DNA from: Eledone cirrhosa
Lineage: Eukaryota
Assembly: GCA_964016885.1 (NCBI GenBank)
Contig: OZ024743.1
Span: forward strand, 86,180,001 to 86,244,000
Length of the DNA: 64,000 bases
Direction: 5' to 3'
The notes below the pieces were generated by a model. It made no database searches. It was not told the DNA's origin and saw nothing but the letters and a program-made list of their open reading frames with translations. The position numbers were made by a program, and so were the translations under genes. Positions 1-15,300 of the stretch are shown here, piece after piece. How positions within the stretch are numbered: position 1 is the stretch's first letter; each line of letters opens with the position of its first letter.

Positions 1-145
1 GTTACCCTGATGTTTCTATACAAATACTCTAATATTTGCGTTCAGTTTAATAGTGTTAAGTTGAAACCATTCAATGTGGGTGTCAAACTCCATGAAGGGT
101 GCACACTGCCACGTCTCCTGTTCATAATCTACACGAACAAGATTG
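1..145 (+). mobile_element. Decayed RTE-type reverse transcriptase fragment
   Basis: SVKLKPFNVGVKLHEGCTLPRLLFIIY resembles the RT motif GxxQGCxLSPLLF. Confidence 0.55.
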
Positions 146-289
146 ATAAAATAAAGTACCAGTTAAGTATTAGGGTTAATATAATTGACTTTCCTCTCCT
201 CCAAATTGGTGGCCGTGTGTTAATTATAGAAAGAATTATATTGTTTCGTTCTGTATATGACAATTCTAAAGGTTATGTCTATATATATA

Positions 290-595
290 TATCATCATAT
301 AATGTCCATCTTCCATGCTAGCATGGGTTAGACGGTTTTGTTCCATTTGATGTGGGAATAGCAGGTTTTTTTACAGCTGGATGCCCTTCTTAACACCAAC
401 TATATTTACAGTGTAGACTGGGAGCCCTTTTACCATGTTTCCTACATGACCACCTTATAGTATGGACTGTTGTGTCATCGACACAGTGGATGGTACGGAA
501 ATAGGAGGATGGGATAGGGTGTGTGGAGTGGGGTGTATATTGGGTTAAGAGGTGCCTACTGACTGTAGGTTTGTATACAAGGGAAGGCGGGTTTT
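290..595 (-). mobile_element. RTE family-1 3' end (3'UTR and tail)
   Basis: Reverse complement of the 3'UTR/tail seen at 3100-3400 and 20275-20700 (ggatgcccttc, ccatgctagcatgg hairpin). Confidence 0.75.
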
Positions 596-611
596 ATATA
601 TATATATATAT

Positions 612-963
612 GGAGGCACATGGCTTAGTGGTTAGAGTATTGGCCTTGCAATCGAAAGGTTGTGAGTTCAATTCTCAGACCGGGTGATGTGTTGTTTCCT
701 TGAGCAAGAAACTTTATTTCACATTGCTCCAGTTTACTCAGCTGTAGAAACGAGATGATAGGGACTGAGGTCCTTATCATTCCACTGCAAAGTGGTCGTG
801 CAGGTGCCACGGCAAAAAAAGCACCCAGCACTCACTGTAAATGAGGTTGGTGTTAGGAAGGGCATCCAGCTGTAGAAATGAAGCCAGCATCAGTTCCCGT
901 CCTACCCTTGCAAGCAGGGAAAAAGCAGACGTAAAATGAAATGATGATGAATGATGATGATGA
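612..963 (+). mobile_element. tRNA-derived CORE-type SINE with RTE-derived tail
   Basis: A box TGGCTTAGTGG, B box GAGTTCAATTC, CORE-like tccttgagcaag...ctcagctgtagaaa, tail cccttgcaagcaggg...(TGA)n. Five near-identical copies in the window. Confidence 0.9.
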
Positions 964-998
964 TATATATATATATATATGTATATATATACTTATAG

Positions 999-1166
999 AT
1001 ATTTTCTCACTCAAAATTCATAATGGTGAAAGGAATAAAGAAACCAATGAATCACATAACTTTTTAAGTGATACATCAGAGTATGTTAGTAATGAAAATA
1101 CCAACACAACAGACGATCAGACGGATACATTGTCAAATGATTATATCAATCACAGGAGTATAGCTA
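999..1166 (+). CDS. Putative internal exon (168 nt, phase 1-1) of an unannotated micro-exon gene
   Basis: cttatAG|...ATAGCTA|GTAAGT. Open frame xIFSLKIHNGERNKETNESHNFLSDTSEYVSNENTNTTDDQTDTLSNDYINHRSIA; unique sequence between repeats. The acceptor pyrimidine tract is weak. Confidence 0.6.
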
Positions 1167-1237
1167 GTAAGTATGACTTTCTGAAATATCAATGTATATG
1201 TCAATTGAATATCTGTCCAACCCATCTGATAACTCTA

Positions 1238-1430
1238 TCATTGTAACCATGTATGTCATTGTAACCATGTCATAACTGTATGTCATTGTAATCACGTTGT
1301 AACTGTATGTCAGTGTAACCATGTGATAACTGTATGTTATTGTAATCATGTCATAACTGTATGTCATTGTAACCATGTGATATCCTATGTCAATGTAACT
1401 ATGTGATAACTGTATGTCAATATAGTCATG
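1238..1430. repeat. 27-bp minisatellite (TCATTGTAACCATGTCATAACTGTATG), about 7 diverged units
   Basis: Direct inspection. Confidence 0.8.
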
Positions 1431-1609
1431 AATGTGACAATTTTATGTCTGTCCAACCCATGTGACACCTGTATGTCTATGTTGGAACTCTGTTGATTCC
1501 AAAGACGTGCTCTAATTGATTCAATCAACAGACCTACCTACTCATGAAATTAACATGTAAGTGGCCGAGAATTTTACTGACATATTTTCCTCAACATAGT
1601 TCTCAGGAT

Positions 1610-3402
1610 GCAGTAGCATCATTGTCAACTGCTACAAAGGTAAAGGTCATGCACTAGATAGAGGAAACTATAGAGGTATAAAGCTGATGGACCAGGTCAT
1701 GAAATTAACAGAAAGAGTTATAGCACAGTTGATTAGGGACTGGGTGAAACTAGATGAGATGCAATTTGGGTTTGTGCCAGGAAGAGGCACCACTGATGCC
1801 CTCTTCCTTGTGAGGCAGTTACAAGAAAAGTACCTAGCTAAAAGTAAGTCGCTCTACCTGGCATTCGTCAATCTCGAGAAAACCTTTGACAGAGTTCCCC
1901 GTGCTATAATCTGGTGGGCTCTTAAAAAACAAGGAGTAGATGAATGGCTTGTGAAAGCTGTACAAGCCATGTATAGGCGAGTGTCAGCAAAGTTATGATT
2001 AGCAATGACTATAGCGAGGAATTTAGCGTACAGGTTGGTGTCCAGCAGGGCTCTGTTCTTAGCCCTCTCCTGTTCATCATAGTTCTGCAGGCAATAAGGG
2101 AGGAGTTTAAGACTGGATGCCCATGGGAACTCCTGTATGCAGATGACCTCGCACTTATAGCTGAATCTATGGTAGAACTAGAGAAGAAATTCCAAACTTG
2201 GAAGCAGGGACTAGAAAGAAAGGGTTTCAAAGTCAACCTGACTAAGGTCCTTGTAAGTAGAAGAGAAAACTGAACACAGATCCCCTCAGGGAAATGGCCT
2301 TGCTCAGTATGTAGGAAAAGTGTAGGTAGGAACTCCATTCTCTGCCTCAAATGCAAAGAATGGGTACACAAGAGATGTAGTGGGATCTTAGGAAGCTTAA
2401 CTAAGAATGTAGGCTTCACATGTAGCAGCTGTGCTGGGACAGCAAGCAGCAAACAGCCACAGGAAACAAGTACCACCAAACTCTGGGAGGGCTCTGTAGA
2501 AACAGTAGACAGCTTCTGCTACCTAGGTGACTAAATTAGCAGCGGAGGTGGGTGTTCGGAAAGTACAATAGCTAGGGTAAGAACGGGATGGAAGAAGTTC
2601 AGGGAGCTACTGCCACTGCTAGCTGCAAAAGGCTTTTCCCTCAAAATGAAAGGCAGACTTTATGATGCGTGTATACGAACAACAATGTTACATGGTAGTG
2701 AGACCTGGGCGCTGTCTGTGGAAGATTTGCGTAGATTAGAAAGAAACGAAGCCTGCATGCTCCGATGGATGTGTAATAGTAATGTACATGAACGGCAAAG
2801 TATAAATGAATTGAGAAAGAGACTGAGCATAAGAGGAATCAAATGCTGTGCACAGGAGAAGCAGTTGCATTGGTATGGACATGTGATGCGTATGAAGGAT
2901 GACAGCTGCATAAAAAGGTGCAGAGCACTAGAAGTTGATGGAAACCGTGGAGTGGGAAGACCCAAGAAGACCTGAGATGATATGAAAAAAGCCGATCTTA
3001 CCCAATTACACCTCTCAAAGGCGATGACATATGACCGTGACCTCTGGCGTCACGCAGTAATACAGAAGACCCAAGCCCCCACGGGTGCAAGCTGAAACTG
3101 AAGCATATAGACAATATGCCCCCACACCCTCCCACTGCAAAGTGGTCGTGGAGGTGCCACGGCAGAAAAGCATCCAGCCCACACTGTAAAGTGGACGTGT
3201 AGGCGCCACGGAAAAAAGCACCCAGCACTCACTGTAAAGGAGGTTGGTGTTAGGAAGGGCATCCAGCTGTAGAAATCAAGCCAGAATCAGTTCCCGTATG
3301 AGCAAGACAAGGTCAGCCGACCGGACACTGCCCACAACAGGACAACCCATCTAACCTATGCTAGCATGGAAGAACGGACGTAAAACGGTGATGATGATGA
3401 TT
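1610..3402 (+). mobile_element. 5'-truncated, disrupted RTE-clade LINE (family 1) with 3'UTR and (TGA)n tail
   Basis: QFGFVPGRGTTDA, GVQQGSVLSPLLF, LLYADD, WYGHVMR, GRPKKT; frameshifts and stops; the 3'UTR carries two ~48-bp units. Confidence 0.92.
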
Positions 3403-3939
3403 CAGTGTGACACAATGTGTGACAAGACTTGCCCCTTATATTACGGACACAACTCATTATTGGCAGCTGGATGTAGTGAAGTAATGTGAGATATAGTGAC
3501 TTGTTAAAGGGGACAACATGCTGTTCGGTCCAGGAATCAAACTCATGACCTTACTATCATCAGCCAAGTAGTCTAACCACTAAACCACCCGCCTTCTCAA
3601 CAATATGGCCATATATCAAATTTGACTCATGGCTTTATAGCAGTTAAATGCCTCTACACCTACTTTGAACATATTAGCTCTAATATGTGTGTGTGTGTTT
3701 GCCTTTGTGTGTCTTTGTATGTGGGTGTGTGTGTGTGTTTGAGTGTGTGTGCATATTTGTATGTGTGTTTGGGTGTGTGTGTATGTTTACGTGTGTGCGT
3801 GTGTTTGTGTGCGTCTGTTAGTATGTGCAAGTGTTTGTATGTGCATAATTGTTTCTGTGTATTTGTATGTGTGTTTGAGTGTGTATTCAGGTATTGTCAA
3901 TACAACTAGAACACTCCACATGTCACTTTTATTTTACAG

Positions 3940-3981
3940 ATCTTTGTGACCATCATCCTACATTGATAATAGCAATACAGG
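3940..3981 (+). CDS. Putative micro-exon (42 nt, phase 1-1)
   Basis: cacttttattttacAG|...ATACAGG|GTGAGT. Only the phase-1 frame is open (NLCDHHPTLIIAIQ). Confidence 0.55.
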
Positions 3982-4041
3982 GTGAGTACATATATCTATC
4001 ATTTATATATTTACAAGAAAATCAGGGTGAGTATCATCATC

Positions 4042-4470
4042 ATCATCATCGTTTAACGTCCATCTTCCATGCTAGCATGCGGGTTTGTCCCACTTGAGGC
4101 GAGATTCACCATATCTCGCTTGTACAGAACTATTTCTGGCTTGGTTTCTACAGCTGTATGCCCTTCCTAGCACCAACCACATTTACTGTGTGGAGTTGGA
4201 ACCTTTTTACTGTGTCTCCTTCATGCCCACTTTACAGTGGACGGAAGTGGGAGGATGGAGTAGGGGTGTGTGGGTTTAAGTTCGTATGTAAGGGAGGGTG
4301 TGTCTTCTGTATTACTGCATAGTGCCAAAGATCTCGGTCCAGTGACATTGTCTTAGAGAGGTGTAAGTGAGCAAGGTCAGTTTTTATCACCTTATCCTAG
4401 GTTTTTCTTGGTCTACCCACTCCGTAGCTTCCATCAATTTTGATCGCTCTGCACTTTTTTATACAGCTGT
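4042..4470 (-). mobile_element. RTE family-1 3' fragment
   Basis: Reverse complement of the ORF end (GVGRPRKT) plus 3'UTR and (CAT)n tail. Confidence 0.8.
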
Positions 4471-4496
4471 TGAGGATATATATATATATATATAAC

Positions 4497-5760
<1,264 letters not shown>

Positions 5761-5789
5761 TCGTATTTTCAAGAAAGGCTGTACAGTGC

Positions 5790-6041
5790 ACTTTACATGT
5801 GAGGGTAGTTACCCTGAAGCAAGTGGAGAAGTTTAAGTATCTTGGGGGCTGTGTTCACAAATGATGAAAGGCAGGAGGCTGAATTAATTTCAAGAATTAC
5901 AGGAGCTGCTGCAGAAATGTGCCAGCTTCAGCATTTGGTCTTCAAAAGAAGGGAGGTAGTTGTAAAAGCCAAACTCGTTATCTTCGATTCGGTATTCATG
6001 CCAACCCTTACCTATGGTCATGAATCTTGGGTGATGACCAT

Positions 6042-6042
<1 letters not shown>
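5790..6042 (+). mobile_element. RTE-type LINE fragment (another family)
   Basis: LKQVEKFKYLG...PTLTYGHESWVMT. Confidence 0.75.
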
Positions 6043-6084
<42 letters not shown>

Positions 6085-6141
6085 CTTGCATGCATAAATA
6101 TTATGCTTTTCATTTTTTCTCTATTTGTTCTCATATTCCAG

Positions 6142-6174
6142 AAAGTTCAAGTTTACGGTCAATATATGAAATTG
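6142..6174 (+). CDS. Putative micro-exon type A (33 nt, phase 1-1)
   Basis: ttctcatattccAG|AAAGTTCAAG...GAAATTG|GTAGGT; ESSSLRSIYEI. Paralogous to 21929-21961, including the acceptor. Confidence 0.7.
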
Positions 6175-6328
6175 GTAGGTATATGTTAATATTTATATAT
6201 GTTTGCTGCTGCTGCTGCCGCCGCCTCCTCCTTCTCTTCTTTGTCTTCTTCTATCTGCTCACACAGAACTGTTTCTGGCTTGGTTTCTACAGTTGGATGC
6301 CTTTCCTAACACCAACCACACTGGGTGC

Positions 6329-9300
6329 TTTTTGTTGTGACACCTACATGACCACTTTACAGTGTGGGCAGATCACTTTTTGTTGTGACACCTACACGAC
6401 CACTTTACAGTGTGGGCAGATCACTTTTTGTTGTGACACCTACACGACCACTTTACAGTGTGGGCAGATCACTTTTTGTTGTGACACCTACATGACCACT
6501 TTACAGTGTGGGCAGATCACTTTTTGTTGTGACACCTACACGAACACTTTACAGTGTGGACAGATCCCTTTTTGTTGTGACACCTACACGACCACTTTAC
6601 AGTGTGGGCAGATCACTTTTTGTTGTGACACCTACACGACCACTTTACAGTGTGGACAGATCACTTTTTGTTGTGACACCTACACGACCACTTTACAGTG
6701 TGGGCAGATCACTTTTTGTTGTGACACCTACACGACCACTTTACAGTGTGGACAGATCACTTTTTGTTGTGACACCTACACGACCACTTTACAGTGTGGA
6801 CAGATCCCTTTTTGTTGTGACACCTACACGACCACTATACAGTGTGGACAGATCCCTTTTTGTTGTGACACCTACACGGCCACTTTACAGTGTGGGCAGA
6901 TCCCTTTTTGTTGTGACACCTACACGACCACTTTACAGTGTGGACAGATCACTTTTTGTTGTGACACCTACACGACCACTTTACAGTGTGGACAGATCCC
7001 TTTTTGTTGTGACACCTACACGGCCACTTTACAGTGTGGGCAGATCACTTTTTGTTGTGACACCTACACGACCACTTTACAGTGTGGACAGATCCCTTTT
7101 TGTTGTGACACCTACATGACCACTTTACAGTGTGGACAGATCACTTTTTGTTGTGACACCTACACGGCCACTTTACAGTGTGGGCAGATCACTTTTTGTT
7201 GTGACACCTACACGACCACTTTACAGTGTGGGCAGATCCCTTTTTGTTGTGACACCTACACGACCACTTTACAGTGTGGGCAGATCCCTTTTTGTTGTGA
7301 CACCTACACGACCACTTTACAGTGTGGGCAGATCACTTTTTGTTGTGACACCTACACGACCACTTTACAGTGTGGACAGATCCCTTTTTGTTGTGACACC
7401 TACATGACCACTTTACAGTGTGGACAGATCACTTTTTGTTGTGACACCTACACGACCACTTTACAGTGTGGGCAGATCCCTTTTTGTTGTGACACCTACA
7501 TGACCACTTTACAGTGTGGACAGATCCCTTTTTGTTGTGACACCTACACGACCACTTTACAGTGTGGACAGATCACTTTTTGTTGTGACACCTACAGGAC
7601 CACTTTACAGTGTGGACAGATCACTTTTTGTTGTGACACCTACACGACCACTTTACAGTGTGGACAGATCCCTTTTTGTTGTGACACCTACACGACCACT
7701 TTACAGTGTGGACAGATCACTTTTTGTTGTGACACCTACACGGCCACTTTACAGTGTGGGCAGATCACTTTTTGTTGTGACACCTACACGACCACTTTAC
7801 AGTGTGGGCAGATCCCTTTTTGTTGTGACACCTACACGACCACTTTACAGTGTGGGCAGATCCCTTTTTGTTGTGACACCTACACGACCACTTTACAGTG
7901 TGGGCAGATCCCTTTTTGTTGTGACACCTACACGACCACTTTACAGTGTGGGCAGATCACTTTTTGTTGTGACACCTACACGACCACTTTACAGTGTGGG
8001 CAGATCCCTTTTTGTTGTGACACCTACACGACCACTTTACAGTGTGGGCAGATCCCTTTTTGTTGTGACACCTACACGACCACTTTACAGTGTGGGCAGA
8101 TCCCTTTTTGTTGTGACACCTACACGACCACTTTACAGTGTGGACAGATCCCTTTTTGTTGTGACACCTACATGACCACTTTACAGTGTGGACAGATCAC
8201 TTTTTGTTGTGACACCTACACGACCACTTTACAGTGTGGGCAGATCCCTTTTTGTTGTGACACCTACACGACCACTTTACAGTGTGGACAGATCCCTTTT
8301 TGTTGTGACACCTACACGACCACTTTACAGTGTGGACAGATCACTTTTTGTTGTGACACCTACACGACCACTTTACAGTGTGGACAGATCACTTTTTGTT
8401 GTGACACCTACACGACCACTTTACAGTGTGGACAGATCCCTTTTTGTTGTGACACCTACACGACCACTTTACAGTGTGGACAGATCACTTTTTGTTGTGA
8501 CACCTACACGACCACTTTACAGTGTGGGCAGATCACTTTTTGTTGTGACACCTACACGACCACTTTACAGTGTGGGCAGATCACTTTTTGTTGTGACACC
8601 TACACGACCACTTTACAGTATGGGCAGATCACTTTTTGTTGTGACACCTACACGACCACTTTACAGTGTGGGCAGATCCATTTTTGTTGTGACACCTACA
8701 CGACCACTTTACAGTGTGGGCAGATCCCTTTTTGTTGTGACACCTACACGACCACTTTACAGTGTGGGCAGATCACTTTTTGTTGTGACACCTAAACGAC
8801 CACTTTACAGTGTGGACAGATCCCTTTTTGTTGTGACACCTACACGACCACTTTACAGTGTGGGCAGATCCCTTTTTGTTGTGACACCTACACGACCACT
8901 TTACAGTGTTGGCAGATCCCTTTTTGTTGTGACACCTACACGACCACTTTACAGTGTGAACAGATCACTTTTTGTTGTGACACCTACACGACCACTTTAC
9001 AGTGTGGACAGATCCCTTTTTGTTGTGACACCTACACGACCACTTTACAGTGTGGACAGATCACTTTTTGTTGTGACACCTACACGACCACTTTACAGTG
9101 TGGACAGATCACTTTTTGTTGTGACACCTACACGACCACTTTACAGTGTGGACAGATCCCTTTTTGTTGTGACACCTACACGACCACTTTACAGTGTGGA
9201 CAGATCACTTTTTGTTGTGACACCTACACGGCCACTTTACAGTGTGGGCAGATCACTTTTTGTTGTGACACCTACACGACCACTTTACAGTGTGGGCAGA

Positions 9301-12300
9301 TCCCTTTTTGTTGTGACACCTACACGACCACTTTACAGTGTGGGCAGATCCCTTTTTGTTGTGACACCTACACGACCACTTTACAGTGTGGGCAGATCCC
9401 GTTTTGTTGTGACACCTACACGACCACTTTACAGTGTGGGCAGATCACTTTTTGTTGTAACACCTACACGACCACTTTACAGTGTGGGCAGATCCCTTTT
9501 TGTTGTGACACCTACACGACCACTTTACACTGTGGGCAGATCCCTTTTTGTTGTGACACCTACACGACCACTTTACAGTGTGGGCAGATCCCTTTTTGTT
9601 GTGACACCTACACGACCACTTTACAGTGTGGGCAGATCCCTTTTTGTTGTGACACCTACACGACCACTTTACAGTGTGGACAGATCACTTTTTGTTGTGA
9701 CACCTACACGACCACTTTACAGTGTGGACAGATCACTTTTTGTTGTGACACCTACACGACCACTTTACAGTGTGGGCAGATCACTTTTTGTTGTGACACC
9801 TACACGACCACTTTACAGTGTGGGCAGATCACTTTTTGTTGTGACACCTACACGACCACTTTACAGTGTGGGCAGATCCCTTTTTGTTGTGACACCTACA
9901 CGACCACTTTACAGTGTGGGCAGATCCATTTTTGTTGTGACACCTACACGACCACTTTACAGTGTGGGCAGATCCCTTTTTGTTGTGACACCTACACGAC
10001 CACTTTACAGTGTGGGCAGATCACTTTTTGTTGTGACACCTAAATGACCACTTTACAGTGTGGACAGATCCCTTTTTGTTGTGACACCTACACGACCACT
10101 TTACAGTGTGGGCAGATCCCTTTTTGTTGTGACACCTACACGACCACTTTACAGTGTTGGCAGATCCCTTTTTGTTGTGACACCTACACGACCACTTTAC
10201 AGTGTGGACAGATCACTTTTTGTTGTGACACCTACACGACCACTTTACAGTGTGGACAGATCCCTTTTTGTTGTGACACCTACACGACCATTTTACAGTG
10301 TGGACAGATCACTTTTTGTTGTGACACCTACACGACCACTTTACAGTGTGGACAGATCACTTTTTGTTGTGACACCTACACGACCACTTTACAGTGTGGA
10401 CAGATCCCTTTTTGTTGTGACACCTACACGACCACTTTACAGTGTGGACAGATCCCTTTTTGTTGTGACACCTACACGACCACTTTACAGTGTGGACAGA
10501 TCACTTTTTGTTGTGACACCTACACGACCACTTTACAGTGTGGACAGATCACTTTTTGTTGTGACACCTACACGACCACTTTACAGTGTGGACAGATCCC
10601 TTTTTGTTGTGACACCTACACGACCACTTTACAGTGTGGACAGATCACTTTTTGTTGTGACACCTACACGACCACTTTACAGTGTGGGCAGATCCCTTTT
10701 TGTTGTGACACCTACACGACCACTTTACAGTGTTGGCAGATCCCTTTTTGTTGTGACACCTACACGACCACTTTACAGTGTGGACAGATCACTTTTTGTT
10801 GTGACACCTACACGACCACTTTACAGTGTGGACAGATCCCTTTTTGTTGTGACACCTACACGACCACTTTACAGTGTGGACAGATCACTTTTTGTTGTGA
10901 CACCTACACGACCACTTTACAGTGTGGACAGATCCCTTTTTGTTGTGACACCTACACGACCACTTTACAGTGTGGACAGATCACTTTTTGTTGTGACACC
11001 TACACGGCCACTTTACAGTGTGGGCAGATCACTTTTTGTTGTGACACCTACACGACCACTTTACAGTGTGGGCAGATCCCTTTTTGTTGTGACACCTACA
11101 CGACCACTTTACAGTGTGGGCAGATCCCTTTTTGTTGTGACACCTACACGACCACTTTACAGTGTGGGCAGATCCCGTTTTGTTGTGACACCTACACGAC
11201 CACTTTACAGTGTGGGCAGATCACTTTTTGTTGTAACACCTACACGACCACTTTACAGTGTGGGCAGATCCCTTTTTGTTGTGACACCTACACGACCACT
11301 TTACACTGTGGGCAGATCCCTTTTTGTTGTGACACCTACACGACCACTTTACAGTGTGGGCAGATCCCTTTTTGTTGTGACACCTACACGACCACTTTAC
11401 AGTGTGGGCAGATCCCTTTTTGTTGTGACACCTACACGACCACTTTACAGTGTGGACAGATCCTTTTTTGTTGTGACACCTACACGACCACTTTACAGTG
11501 TGGACAGATCACTTTTTGTTGTGACACCTACACGACCACTTTACAGTGTGGACAGATCACTTTTTGTTGTGACACCTACACGACCACTTTACAGTGTGGA
11601 CAGATCCCTTTTTGTTGTGACACCTACACGACCACTTTACAGTGTGGACAGATCACTTTTTGTTGTGACACCTACACGACCACTTTACAGTGTGGACAGA
11701 TCACTTTTTGTTGTGACACCTACACGACCACTTTACAGTGTGGGCAGATCACTTTTTGTTGTGACACCTACACGACCACTTTACAGTGTGGGCAGATCAC
11801 TTTTTGTTGTGACACCTACACGACCACTTTACAGTGTGGGCAGATCCCTTTTTGTTGTGACACCTACACGACCACTTTACAGTGTGGGCAGATCCATTTT
11901 TGTTGTGACACCTACACGACCACTTTACAGTGTGGGCAGATCCCTTTTTGTTGTGACACCTACACGACCACTTTACAGTGTGGGCAGATCACTTTTTGTT
12001 GTGACACCTAAACGACCACTTTACAGTGTGGACAGATCCCTTTTTGTTGTGACACCTACACGACCACTTTACAGTGTGGGCAGATCCCTTTTTGTTGTGA
12101 CACCTACACGACCACTTTACAGTGTGGGCAGATCCCTTTTTGTTGTGACACCTACACGACCACTTTACAGTGTTGGCAGATCCCTTTTTGTTGTGACACC
12201 TACACGACCACTTTACAGTGTGGACAGATCACTTTTTGTTGTGACACCTACACGACCACTTTACAGTGTGGACAGATCACTTTTTGTTGTGACACCTACA

Positions 12301-15300
12301 CGACCACTTTACAGTGTGGACAGATCCCTTTTTGTTGTGACACCTACACGACCACTTTACAGTGTGGACAGATCACTTTTTGTTGTGACACCTACACGGC
12401 CACTTTACAGTGTGGGCAGATCACTTTTTGTTGTGACACCTACACGACCACTTTACAGTGTGGGCAGATCCCTTTTTGTTGTGACACCTACACGACCACT
12501 TTACAGTGTGGGCAGATCCCTTTTTGTTGTGACACCTACACGACCACTTTACAGTGTGGGCAGATCACTTTTTGTTGTAACACCTACACGACCACTTTAC
12601 ACTGTGGGCAGATCCCTTTTTGTTGTGACACCTACACGACCACTTTACAGTGTGGGCAGATCCCTTTTTGTTGTGACACCTACACGACCACTTTACAGTG
12701 TGGGCAGATCCCTTTTTGTTGTGACACCTACACGACCACTTTACAGTGTGGACAGATCCCTTTTTGTTGTGACACCTACACGACCACTTTACAGTGTGGA
12801 CAGATCACTTTTTGTTGTGACACCTACACGACCACTTTACAGTGTGGACAGATCACTTTTTGTTGTGACACCTACACGACCACTTTACAGTGTGGACAGA
12901 TCCCTTTTTGTTGTGACACCTACACGACCACTTTACAGTGTGGGCAGATCCATTTTTGTTGTGACACCTACACGACCACTTTACAGTGTGGGCAGATCCC
13001 TTTTTGTTGTGACACCTACACGACCACTTTACAGTGTGGGCAGATCACTTTTTGTTGTGACACCTAAACGACCACTTTACAGTGTGGACAGATCCCTTTT
13101 TGTTGTGACACCTACACGACCACTTTACAGTGTGGGCAGATCCCTTTTTGTTGTGACACCTACACGACCACTTTACAGTGTTGGCAGATCCCTTTTTGTT
13201 GTGACACCTACACGACCACTTTACAGTGTGGACAGATCACTTTTTGTTGTGACACCTACACGACCACTTTACAGTGTGGACAGATCACTTTTTGTTGTGA
13301 CACCTACACGACCACTTTACAGTGTGGACAGATCCCTTTTTGTTGTGACACCTACACGACCACTTTACAGTGTGGACAGATCACTTTTTGTTGTGACACC
13401 TACACGGCCACTTTACAGTGTGGGCAGATCACTTTTTGTTGTGACACCTACACGACCACTTTACAGTGTGGGCAGATCCCTTTTTGTTGTGACACCTACA
13501 CGACCACTTTACAGTGTGGGCAGATCCCTTTTTGTTGTGACACCTACACGACCACTTTACAGTGTGGGCAGATCACTTTTTGTTGTAACACCTACACGAC
13601 CACTTTACACTGTGGGCAGATCCCTTTTTGTTGTGACACCTACACGACCACTTTACAGTGTGGGCAGATCCCTTTTTGTTGTGACACCTACACGACCACT
13701 TTACAGTGTGGGCAGATCCCTTTTTGTTGTGACACCTACACGACCACTTTACAGTGTGGACAGATCCCTTTTTGTTGTGACACCTACACGACCACTTTAC
13801 AGTGTGGACAGATCACTTTTTGTTGTGACACCTACACGACCACTTTACAGTGTGGACAGATCACTTTTTGTTGTGACACCTACACGACCACTTTACAGTG
13901 TGGACAGATCCCTTTTTGTTGTGACACCTACACGACCACTTTACAGTGTGGACAGATCACTTTTTGTTGTGACACCTACACGACCACTTTACAGTGTGGA
14001 CAGATCACTTTTTGTTGTGACACCTACACGATTACTTTACAGTGTGGGCAGATCACTTTTTGTTGTGACACCTACACGACCACTTTACAGTGTGGGCAGA
14101 TCACTTTTTGTTGTGACACCTACACGACCACTTTACAGTGTGGGCAGATCCCTTTTTGTTGTGACACCTACACGACCACTTTACAGTGTGGGCAGATCCC
14201 TTTTTGTTGTGACACCTACACGACCACTTTACAGTGTGGGCAGATCACTTTTTGTTGTGACACCTACACGACCACTTTACAGTGTGGACAGATCCCTTTT
14301 TGTTGTGACACCTACACGACCACTTTACAGTGTGGGCAGATCCCTTTTTGTTGTGACACCTACACGACCACTTTACAGTGTGGGCAGATCACTTTTTGTT
14401 GTGACACCTACACGACCACTTTACAGTGTGGACAGATCACTTTTTGTTGTGACACCTACACGACCACTTTACAGTGTGGACAGATCCCTTTTTGTTGTGA
14501 CACCTACACGACCACTTTACAGTGTGGACAGATCACTTTTTGTTGTGACACCTACACGACCACTTTACAGTGTGGACAGATCACTTTTTGTTTTGACACC
14601 TACACGACCACTTTACAGTGTGGACAGATCACTTTTTGTTGTGACACCTACACGACCACTTTACAGTGTGGACAGATCACTTTTTGTTGTGACACCTACA
14701 CGACCACTTTACAGTGTGGACAGATCCCTTTTTGTTGTGACACCTACACGGCCACTTTACAGTGTGGGCAGATCACTTTTTGTTGTGACACCTACACGAC
14801 CACTTTACAGTGTGGACAGATCCCTTTTTGTTGTGACACCTACACGACCACTTTACAGTGTGGACAGATCACTTTTTGTTGTGACACCTACACGGCCACT
14901 TTACAGTGTGGGCAGATCACTTTTTGTTGTGACACCTACACGACCACTTTACAGTGTGGGCAGATCCCTTTTTGTTGTGACACCTACACGACCACTTTAC
15001 AGTGTGGGCAGATCCCTTTTTGTTGTGACACCTACACGACCACTTTACAGTGTGGGCAGATCCCTTTTTGTTGTGACACCTACACGACCACTTTACAGTG
15101 TGGGCAGATCACTTTTTGTTGTGACACCTACACGACCACTTTACAATGTGGGCAGATCCCTTTTTGTTGTGACACCTACACGACCACTTTACAGTGTGGG
15201 CAGATCCCTTTTTGTTGTGACACCTACACGACCACTTTACAGTGTGGGCAGATCACTTTTTGCTGTGACACCTACACGACCACTTTACAGTGTGGACAGA

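Noticed and set aside
257-271. Possible 15-nt phase-1 micro-exon (xDNSK) ATGACAATTCTAAAG|GTTATG
   Set aside because: The preceding dinucleotide is AT rather than AG and the donor is weak; at best a dead exon.
612-685. tRNA gene (TTGCAAT loop, Cys-like)
   Set aside because: The acceptor and anticodon stems do not close properly and the sequence continues into CORE and a LINE tail in five copies, so it is a SINE head.
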